Shown here one piece after another: positions 47,208-54,743 of a stretch of DNA of 64,000 nucleotides (the first letter of the stretch is position 1; the number at the start of each line of letters is the position of its first letter). Origin of the DNA: Anaerolineales bacterium (GTDB lineage Bacteria > Chloroflexota > Anaerolineae > Anaerolineales > RBG-16-64-43); NCBI GenBank assembly GCA_049516595.1, contig JBEKSY010000014.1:4016-68015 (forward strand), written 5' to 3'. The position numbers and the translations under genes were made by a program. The notes under the pieces are model-generated. The model was not told where the DNA came from and ran no database searches. It saw only the letters and a list, made by a program, of their open reading frames with translations.

Positions 47208-48323
47208 ATGCAACGGATCGACTTCCTTTGGCCCGGCTTTCTCGCCTTGCTGGCGTTGATTCCTCTGATCGTCGCGGCTTATGTTCTGGTCCTGCGGCGG
47301 CGCCGGCGATTTGCGGTGCGCTTCTCCAGCTTGGCTTTGGTGCGGGAGGCGATTCCCCGCCAGTCCTGGCTGCGGCGCCATCTGCCATTTGCCCTGTTTC
47401 TCCTCGCTCTGGCGAGCCTGGTGATCGCTCTGGGACGCCCGGCGGCTGTCGTGAGTCTTCCCAGCGGACAAACCACGGTCATCCTCACCCTGGATGTTTC
47501 CGGAAGCATGCGCTCGACAGACATTCAGCCCTCGCGTCTGGGGGCGGCAGAGGCTGCCGCGCTGTCGTTCATTCAGCGCCAGAAAGCCACCACCCAAATC
47601 GGGATCGTCGCGTTCTCTGAGTTCGCGGAACTGATCCAAGCGCCCACGACGGATCAGGAAGCATTGCAAGCTGCGATCGAGAGCTTGACTACCGGACGCC
47701 GGACGGCGATCGGCAGTGGCATTCTCAAGTCGTTGGACGCGATTGCCGAGGTGGACAAGAACGTTGCGCCGAGCGTGACCGATCCCTCCTCCGGGGTCGA
47801 GCCCCCACCGGTGGCCCCAGGGGCCTACGCGCCCGACATCATTGTGCTGCTGACTGATGGGGTGAGCAATGCAGGTCCAGCGCCGCTCGATGCCGCCAAG
47901 CAGGCGATGGACCGGGGGGTTCGCATCTACACGATCGGCTTTGGTACGGCCAACGGATTCATGCCATTCGGCGGCCAAGCCCCCCAGGGTGGCGGCCTGT
48001 TTGGAAATGGGGGCGGATTTGGCGGGGGCAATCCAGGTTTCGGTGGGCAGGGGTTTGGCGGCGGAGGATTTGGAGGAGGATTTGGAGGAGGATTTCGCAC
48101 TGGAATTGACGAGGCGACCCTAAAGCAAATTGCCTCGATGACCGGCGGAACTTATCACTCCGCAGCAAGTGCGAGTGAATTGCAGAGTGTTTTCCAGGAT
48201 CTCCCGACCTATCTGGTTACCAAACACGAGCTTCAGGAACTCAGCGTGATCTTTGCGGCCCTGGGCGCGCTCCTGGCACTGGCAGCGATCAGCCTCTCCC
48301 TGGTCTGGCACCCACTGCCCTGA
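47208..48323 (+). CDS. VWA domain-containing protein (BatB-like) with Gly/Phe-rich insert
   Basis: N-terminal TM segment, MIDAS motif LTLDVSGSM, a low-complexity stretch GGGLFGNGGGFGGGNPGFGGQGFGGGGFGGGFGGGF, and a C-terminal TM segment. Start trimmed to the ATG at 47208. Confidence 0.85.
   Translation: MQRIDFLWPGFLALLALIPLIVAAYVLVLRRRRRFAVRFSSLALVREAIPRQSWLRRHLPFALFLLALASLVIALGRPAAVVSLPSGQTTVILTLDVSGSMRSTDIQPSRLGAAEAAALSFIQRQKATTQIGIVAFSEFAELIQAPTTDQEALQAAIESLTTGRRTAIGSGILKSLDAIAEVDKNVAPSVTDPSSGVEPPPVAPGAYAPDIIVLLTDGVSNAGPAPLDAAKQAMDRGVRIYTIGFGTANGFMPFGGQAPQGGGLFGNGGGFGGGNPGFGGQGFGGGGFGGGFGGGFRTGIDEATLKQIASMTGGTYHSAASASELQSVFQDLPTYLVTKHELQELSVIFAALGALLALAAISLSLVWHPLP
48060..48095 (+). repeat. 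3 x 12-nt tandem repeat inside VWA gene
   Basis: GGCGGAGGATTT followed by GGAGGAGGATTT twice, encoding the reiterated GGGF units. Confidence 0.8.
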
Positions 48324-48776
48324 GAGCCTCTACTTCCTCGATTGACCCTCCAATCGATTCTGTCTTGGATCGCGGCCGATAATGCATGGTTCGCTGGGTT
48401 CGTGATATCGGTCGTCCTCGACGTTGACGCATGCCAGCACGCCTTCCCGAGTTGTCCTCGGATGAGCGGCGAGATGCTAGCTACCAGAATGTGGCAGACT
48501 GTTGCGCTCCTTTGTCGAACGACGTAGAGTAGCCTGGCAAGCTGGCTCAAGGGTTTTCAAGCCCCGAAAAGCAAATGGTGAGCCAGGATCCTAGCAGGAC
48601 TCACCTCCAACCGCATCGAAAACCATGTCGTCCTATTGAACTCCCCAGGCCACTGAGCTCTTGTCCCTCTGAGGTTCCAGGGAACGAGGGGCCGGGGAGG
48701 AAAATCGGAGCAGGGTAGCTGTCAGGGACGCAGATAGGCGAGGAGGGGCAAAGCTTAGGAGCCTGGTGAGGAACGC

Positions 48777-48797
48777 GAGGGGGAGTCCCCTCTTTTT
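48777..48797 (+). terminator. orphan intrinsic terminator (plus strand)
   Basis: GAGGGG (48777-82), loop GAGT, CCCCTC (48787-92), then TTTTT (48793-97). The nearest upstream plus-strand CDS ends 450 nt earlier. Confidence 0.4.
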
Positions 48798-48856
48798 CCG
48801 ACCTCCCACCCTGATCCCGGGCGGATGGTCGGTGGAACCTTCTGCTTTGTGCACCC

Positions 48857-48902
48857 CCAAAGAAGAACCGAGGGGCGACTCCTCCTGCGGAAGTCGCCTC
48901 TC
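48857..48902 (-). terminator. intrinsic terminator downstream of acyl-CoA synthetase
   Basis: On the minus strand, an 11-bp stem GAGAGGCGACT / AGTCGCCCCTC (one mismatch) with an 11-nt loop is followed by GGTTCTTCTTTGG. It starts about 20 nt after the stop at 48924. Confidence 0.55.
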
Positions 48903-48923
48903 AATTCTCCGCGATCCGGGTTG

Positions 48924-50555
48924 CTACTTGTGTGCCGCCGCGTGCCGGCTGCGCAGCAGCTTCTTATCTATCTTCGCAACGCTGGTCTTGGGGATCTCGT
49001 CGACGAAGACATAGCTGTCGGGCACCGACCAGTTGGTGATAACGCCTTCCTTCACATACTTGTTCAGGTGGCCTTTGAGCTCCTCTGCGGTCAGCTTGTT
49101 CTTGAACCCTTCCCGCGCCACGATGATGGCCTGCGGGCGCTCACCCCACTTCTCGTCGGGAATTCCGATGACCGCCGCCTCCGACACGCCCTCGTGCAGG
49201 CTGAGGAGATTCTCTAGCTCCAGGGAGACAATCCACTCGCCCCCGCTCTTGATCACATCCTTGAGGCGGTCGACGATTTGGACATACCCGTATTCGTCGA
49301 CGTTCGCCACATCCCCCGTGTGCATCCATCCGCCCGCCCACAACTCCTCCGAGCGTTGGGGCTCCTTGAAATAGGCTGGGGTCAACCACGGGGCCCGCAC
49401 GACGATCTCGCCTGTCTCTTTGCCGTCCCGGGCCACCTCCTTGCCCGTGGTGTCGACCACCTTCAAGTCGACCAGGGGGATGACAAACCCAGTCTTGATC
49501 GCCCAGTCCAGGCGCTTCTCCTCGCCCCAGTCCTTTTCCATGAATGGTTTGAGATTGGCAATGGTGAGGACCGGGCAGGTCTCGGACAGGCCGTAGCCGG
49601 CGTACACCTTGATTCCCAGTTTGGTCGCCTCCATCGCCAAGCCTTTGGGCAGTCTGGCTCCGCCGATGATCACCTTCCAGCGGCTCAGGTCGGCTTTTCT
49701 CACTTCAGGAGCGGTGACGATGGTTTGCAGAATGGTCGGGACGCAGTGGCTGAAGGTCACCTTCTCGCCCAGGATGAGGCGCAGGAGCATCGGAGGCTCA
49801 TACTTACCGGGATAAACCTGCTTGAGGCCGAACAGGGTGGCGACATACGGCATGCCCCAGGCATGGACGTGGAACATGGGCGTGATCGGCATGTACACGT
49901 CGGTCTTGTTCACCCCACCAAAGTTGCCCAGAGCCGAAAGAGTGATCGCGCCGCTCAGGGTATGCAGGCTCAGCTGCCGGTGCGTGAAGAAGACTCCCTT
50001 GGGTTGGCCCGTCGTCCCGGTGGTGTAGGATTGGGTCGCCAGGGTGTCCTCGTCGAAGTCAGGCAACTCCGAGAGAGGAGAGGCGCCCTCCAGAAGCTCT
50101 TCGTACTCCGCGTCCACCCACTTGATGGCTGGCTTCTCCTTCTTGTCGGTGATGAGGATGTACTTGCGAATCCCAGGCACCTTGGCGCGCAGGGCTTCCG
50201 CCAGCGGAAGAAAATCCTCGTGGAATATCAGCACTTCGTCTTCTGCATGGCCCACGGTGTATAGCAGATCGCCGGGTGCCAGCCGGGGGTTGATGGTATG
50301 CAGGACCGCACCCACGCCGGGAATGCCGAAATACATCTCCAGGTATCGGTGGCTGTCCCATTCGATAACCCCGACCCGGGTTCCTTTCTTCACTCCGAGC
50401 GCCACCAAGGCGCCACCCAGCCGGAGCACACGTTGGTACATTGTGCTGTAGGTGTGGCGAACCTGGTCGCGATAGATGATCTCCTGATCAGGCGCCCATG
50501 CCACACCCTGCTGGAGAATGCGCTTGAGCAGCAACTGGTAATCATACGCAGCCAT
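48924..50555 (-). CDS. AMP-dependent acyl-CoA synthetase (long/medium-chain fatty acid-CoA ligase family)
   Basis: 543 aa with the AMP-binding motif YTTGTTGQPKGV and later GYGLSE, TGD and SGGEWI motifs. RBS AGGAGGGAG. Confidence 0.9.
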   Translation of the reverse strand: MAAYDYQLLLKRILQQGVAWAPDQEIIYRDQVRHTYSTMYQRVLRLGGALVALGVKKGTRVGVIEWDSHRYLEMYFGIPGVGAVLHTINPRLAPGDLLYTVGHAEDEVLIFHEDFLPLAEALRAKVPGIRKYILITDKKEKPAIKWVDAEYEELLEGASPLSELPDFDEDTLATQSYTTGTTGQPKGVFFTHRQLSLHTLSGAITLSALGNFGGVNKTDVYMPITPMFHVHAWGMPYVATLFGLKQVYPGKYEPPMLLRLILGEKVTFSHCVPTILQTIVTAPEVRKADLSRWKVIIGGARLPKGLAMEATKLGIKVYAGYGLSETCPVLTIANLKPFMEKDWGEEKRLDWAIKTGFVIPLVDLKVVDTTGKEVARDGKETGEIVVRAPWLTPAYFKEPQRSEELWAGGWMHTGDVANVDEYGYVQIVDRLKDVIKSGGEWIVSLELENLLSLHEGVSEAAVIGIPDEKWGERPQAIIVAREGFKNKLTAEELKGHLNKYVKEGVITNWSVPDSYVFVDEIPKTSVAKIDKKLLRSRHAAAHK

Positions 50556-50727
50556 TCTTTCTCTCCCTCCTGGTCTACAAGTGACTCCTCTTTCCCGGAG
50601 CTCCTCGATGCTCGAGCTTCAGGTCAAACTTGCCAGTCTTGCGCCCATGCCTCCTTCCCTTCTTGTTGACAGTCCTCTGTCGCGATCCCCTTGCGCTGTC
50701 CATACGATGCCACCGATTGCGAGCCGA

Positions 50728-50759
50728 GGAAAGCAAAAGGGTCCCCCTGGGGGGGACCC
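50728..50759 (-). terminator. strong intrinsic terminator with no recognisable upstream CDS
   Basis: On the minus strand, a 9-bp all-but-one G:C stem GGGTCCCCC / GGGGGACCC with a 3-nt loop is followed by TTTTGCTTTCC. Confidence 0.6.
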
Positions 50760-50845
50760 CCGCACTATCGAAGAGAAAGGAGGACCCGATCACACGGAGC
50801 GAGCCACCGCTGTTGGTGCACCTCGCCTCCTGCCGCACTTTCCCA
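50728..50845 (-). ncRNA. candidate small RNA or cis-regulatory leader (promoter-to-terminator unit, ~115 nt)
   Basis: Bounded by the promoter at 50851-50878 and the terminator at 50728-50759. Internal pairing is possible between AGGAGG and CCTCCT, enclosing the hairpin GCGAG-CACC / GGTG-CTCGC. It also contains an 18-codon GTG mini-ORF (VHQQRWLAPCDRVLLSLR). Confidence 0.3.
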
Positions 50846-50850
50846 GGGCT

Positions 50851-50878
50851 AGTATAGCGCCAGAGCCCGCTAAGTCAA
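50851..50878 (-). promoter_or_regulatory. near-consensus sigma-70-type promoter (minus strand)
   Basis: On the minus strand, TTGACT (50878-50873), a 16-nt spacer, then TATACT (50856-50851). Only one mismatch each to TTGACA and TATAAT, in an otherwise GC-rich context. Confidence 0.45.
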
Positions 50879-51822
50879 GCAAATCCAATGAGCGGGACAA
50901 CTGGAGAGCCCCTCGGCTCGCTGAATCGATCGTGCCTGACCCTTCAGGGAAAACTCCCGTCTTCCCGGCATGCCGGGGCTCAACCTAGCTATCGTCTCTC
51001 CAGGGTGCCGAGGCCGGGAGAGAGCCCTTGGCGAAGTTCCAGAGGCCGGGCACGCGGGTCTGCATCAACGATCCGGCCAACAGAATCCGCTATGATTTCC
51101 GACGGGCATCCCCATGCCGGAAGGATCGGGAGCAATTGGTCCTGGGTTTCAAGCAAATAGGTTTTCCCGCCTTTCCCATTCCGGGGACATTGCGCTGGTC
51201 TTAGGGTGTCGAATTGTCTTGGGTGGCGGACCTTTTGCAGAGTACTCTTGGATCGGGTTGTGGGAAGGACCGCGGCTCGGGCCATCCGGCAGGAATTGCA
51301 CGCATCGTGAGAGCAAACCCCGCCAGTCATGGCGGTCGTGACCATATACTGACTGGGTCCAGATGCCTTCCAATCGACACTAGGCGTAACTTGCCGGAGG
51401 GGCAGGGCGCGTTTCTGTCTCGTGACTGCCTCGGGCTCAATTCGGTGGAAGGTGGATGCTCAGGCCCGTTGTTGTTTGCCAGGCGCGGGAGATGTGACCG
51501 CAGCAATAGGATCCGCTTCGGCTCTTGAATCAAGCAGGTCTCGACGGGAGACTTGGCAGGCCGGGGAGGCTAGGATTGGGCTGATCGGATCGACAAGGAA
51601 GGGGCCCTGACCTCCTGGGGATCTCCTCTCTTGCTTGAACCGTGGCACAATAGCCGAAATGGGCCCCGCCTCCAAGTGGGCTGGATTCTTGGATGGATTC
51701 GGACAATCGATTAGGGAGCCTGCCCAGCAGAATCATGATGAGAGGCTGGCCGGGATTTGGGAGGCACTTTCAGTCGCTCGCCGCGGGTGTCCGTTCATTC
51801 TCTTGCTGCTCAACCTAAGCTC

Positions 51823-52578
51823 ATGGCCACCGGCTCCGTTTTCGACGTCAGGGAGTTTACGGTTCATGACGGGCCGGGAATCCGCACCACGGTCTTCTTG
51901 AAAGGTTGTCCTCTTCGATGTGCCTGGTGCCACAACCCGGAGGGTCAGTCGCGGGACCCGCAGCCGATGAGAAGCCGGGCCGGGACTCGACAGGTAGGGA
52001 TCGAGTATGCCTCTGGTGAGCTGGCCGACATCCTGAATCGTCAGTCTGTGATCCTGCGCCCGAATGAGGGCGGGGTTACTTTTTCGGGGGGTGAGCCGCT
52101 GATGCAGGCCGGTTTTGTTGCGGAGGTGATTGATCGACTGGAGGATTTGCATGTGCTGTTGGACACCTCGGGCTACGGCACCGAACGTGATCTGCGCCTG
52201 CTTTTGGATCGCGTCGACATGGTGTATTACGATTTGAAACTGATTGATGAAGGAGCGCACATCCACCACACCGGGTGCTCCAACCGTCCAATTCTGAGCA
52301 ATCTGCAGGTGCTGAGCAGGAGCGGCGTCCCGTTTGTCGTGCGCGTACCCCTCGTGCCGGGGCTGACGGATACGGATGAGAACTTGGCCGGGATCGCCCA
52401 GGCGATCAAGAACCTGCCCGGGCTGATGCATGTCGATCTCCTTCCGTACAACCGCGCGGCGGGAGCGAAGTACGGGGCGGCGGGAATGGAGTTTCACCCC
52501 GAGTACGATGAGGCTCATCCGGTCCGTGTGAATAGCCGAGTGTTCCTCGAGGCTGGAATGAAGGTGCGTCTGGCATGA
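51823..52578 (+). CDS. glycyl-radical enzyme activating protein (PflA-like, no ferredoxin insert)
   Basis: MATGSVFDVREFTVHDGPGIRTTVFLKGCPLRCAWCHNPEG, then directly ...GVTFSGGEPLMQ. The two extra Cys clusters seen in the 8586-9503 paralog are absent. The start is set by alignment with that paralog (both begin MATG). Confidence 0.9.
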   Translation: MATGSVFDVREFTVHDGPGIRTTVFLKGCPLRCAWCHNPEGQSRDPQPMRSRAGTRQVGIEYASGELADILNRQSVILRPNEGGVTFSGGEPLMQAGFVAEVIDRLEDLHVLLDTSGYGTERDLRLLLDRVDMVYYDLKLIDEGAHIHHTGCSNRPILSNLQVLSRSGVPFVVRVPLVPGLTDTDENLAGIAQAIKNLPGLMHVDLLPYNRAAGAKYGAAGMEFHPEYDEAHPVRVNSRVFLEAGMKVRLA

Positions 52579-54668
52579 ACCCGAGAATTGAAAGACTGAA
52601 ACTGCGGGTGCGTGATGGCGAACACCGCCCCCTTCGCGGGCAGGAACCTCTCCGCCTCCTCGAGGAATGTGAAGAGGAGCATCTGTCCTGGTCGAGGCGC
52701 GTGGCGCGATTGACCGTCCGTCAATGCGAGGCCGAGATCGTCGTGGTTTCTCCTGACGAGCGCATCGTGTTCACCCGCACCCTGCCAGCCACTGTCCCCG
52801 CCGTCTACTCGGGGGACGAATGGGATCGCCTTACCATGGGACGGACGTTGCACGAACTGGGACCGATCAGCAATATCTGTGCCGACTGGGGGAAGGTCCT
52901 TTCACAAGGCCTACTGGGGCGGCGGAAAGTCGCTCTGGCCTCCCGCAGTCGATGCCGTGAACACTCGGAGGCCGTCGAATTCCTGGAGGGTGCCATCGAG
53001 TCAATCGATGCCGTCCTGGCGCTGGCGGCGCGCTACGCCGAGACCGCCCGTCGCATGGGCCGTGGCGAGATTTTCGAGATCCTCACCCGGGTCCCCGCGC
53101 AGCCGCCGCGCACATTTCACGAGGCCCTGCAGTCCCTGCGTCTGATGCACGCCGTGGTCTGGCTGGGAGGCAACTACCATGTGGGGCTGGGTCGATTTGA
53201 TCAGTACATGTGGCCGTACCTGAAGGCCGACCTCGAGCAGGGACGCCTGGACGAGGCCGAGGCTTTCGATCTTCTGGCCGAATTCTTCATCTCGCTGAAC
53301 AAAGACAGTGACCTCTACCCCGGAGTCCAACAGGGGGATAACGGGCAAACCATCACACTGGGCGGCATGGACGGGGCGGGCAATCCTGCAGTCAACCCGT
53401 TGACCTCCCTGGCGCTGCATGTGTCCCGGGATGTGTGTTTGATCGATCCCAAGATCAACCTGCGCATTTCCGCGAGCACAGATCTCGAGCTGCTCACATT
53501 GGCAACGGAGTTGACGCGCAAGGGATTGGGATTCCCTCAATACTGCAATGATGACGTCGTGATCCCGGGCCTGGTGGCGTGCGGCTACCGTCTGGAGGAT
53601 GCCCGGGATTATGCCATCGCGGCCTGTTGGGAATTCCTGGTCCCGGGGAAGGCCATGGACGTTGTCAATATCGGGGCGGTATCCTTTCCCGCCGCCGTGG
53701 ACCAGGCCCTCCGAGATGGGTTCTCGGCTGGCGAGGATATGCCGCAGATGCTCCAGCGCGTGAAAGGGAACATCGCCCAGCAGGTAAGCGATCTGGCCTG
53801 CGCCTACGAGCGCCTGCTTCTGCCGCCCGCCCCGTACTATTCGGTCCTGATGACAGACTGCCTGGAGGAGGGGCGCGACATCTCGGAAGGGGCCCAATAC
53901 AACAACTTCGGAATCCACGGAGCCGGCTCGGCGAATGCCGCTGATGCGCTGGCAGCCATCCAGGAGTTTGTGTTCCGGGAAAAGAGCGTTCAGCCAAGGG
54001 AAATTCTGGCCGCCCTGGATGCCGATTACGAGGGTTTCGAGGATTTGCGGGTGAAGCTGGCAGAGAAGGGGCCCAAGACAGGAAACGATGACGATCGGGC
54101 AGATCGCTTCCTGGTCGCATTGTTCCAGATGCTGGCGGAGGCCTGTGAGGGCTATGGAACCACCAGCCGAAAAGGAATCCTGCGTCCGGGATCAGGCTCG
54201 GCGATGTATTACCTCTGGCTGGCGCAGGGCCACCCAGGCATGCGTGAGCCGCAGGTGGGCGCAACCGCAGAGGGGCGTTGCAGCGGCCGACCCTTCGGAG
54301 CGAATCTGGCTCCCTCTCAGGGGGTGCAAATCCGCGGCCCGTTCAGTCTGCTTCTTTCCTACAGTAAACTGGACTACCGGCGAATCTGCAACGGCGGACC
54401 GATCACGATGGAACTCTCCGACTCGGTTTTTCGAGATGACGAGTCGGTGCGCAAGGTGTCTCTCCTAATCCGAGCGTTCGCCCAGCTGGGGTGTCAGCAG
54501 TTGCAACTCAACAGCGTCAATGTCGAGACTCTTCGGGATGCCAAGATCCATCCGGAGCTTCACAAGAACCTGATTGTCCGTGTGTGGGGCTGGAGCGGGT
54601 ATTTCTGCGAGCTCGCCCCCGAGTACCAGGATCAGATCATCGGGCGCCATGTGTTTGCGGCCGGGTGA
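52575..54668 (+). CDS. glycyl radical enzyme, short form (697 aa), substrate unknown
   Basis: The C-terminal glycyl motif is RVWGWSGYF (Gly672, codon 54588-54590). The Cys loop is ARDYAIAACWEF (Cys351, codon 53625-53627) with Glu at +2. The ATG overlaps the activase stop (ATGA at 52575-52578). Confidence 0.88.
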   Translation: MNPRIERLKLRVRDGEHRPLRGQEPLRLLEECEEEHLSWSRRVARLTVRQCEAEIVVVSPDERIVFTRTLPATVPAVYSGDEWDRLTMGRTLHELGPISNICADWGKVLSQGLLGRRKVALASRSRCREHSEAVEFLEGAIESIDAVLALAARYAETARRMGRGEIFEILTRVPAQPPRTFHEALQSLRLMHAVVWLGGNYHVGLGRFDQYMWPYLKADLEQGRLDEAEAFDLLAEFFISLNKDSDLYPGVQQGDNGQTITLGGMDGAGNPAVNPLTSLALHVSRDVCLIDPKINLRISASTDLELLTLATELTRKGLGFPQYCNDDVVIPGLVACGYRLEDARDYAIAACWEFLVPGKAMDVVNIGAVSFPAAVDQALRDGFSAGEDMPQMLQRVKGNIAQQVSDLACAYERLLLPPAPYYSVLMTDCLEEGRDISEGAQYNNFGIHGAGSANAADALAAIQEFVFREKSVQPREILAALDADYEGFEDLRVKLAEKGPKTGNDDDRADRFLVALFQMLAEACEGYGTTSRKGILRPGSGSAMYYLWLAQGHPGMREPQVGATAEGRCSGRPFGANLAPSQGVQIRGPFSLLLSYSKLDYRRICNGGPITMELSDSVFRDDESVRKVSLLIRAFAQLGCQQLQLNSVNVETLRDAKIHPELHKNLIVRVWGWSGYFCELAPEYQDQIIGRHVFAAG

Positions 54669-54743
54669 TTTTCCGAATTGAGGAAGCCGGTCCGCCGGAG
54701 GGAGCGGGAGCCTGGCCGCCTCAGGCAGGCGCAGGGGCCCTCA

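Noticed and set aside
51577-51600. tmRNA-like 5' motif GGGCTGATCGGATCGACAAGG, resembling GGGGCUGAUUCUGGAUUCGACGGG.
   Set aside because: - There is no tRNA-like T-arm (GGTTCGAnTCC) or CCA end within the next 350 nt on that strand.
- The GRE activase CDS starts about 225 nt downstream.
- This is probably a chance match.
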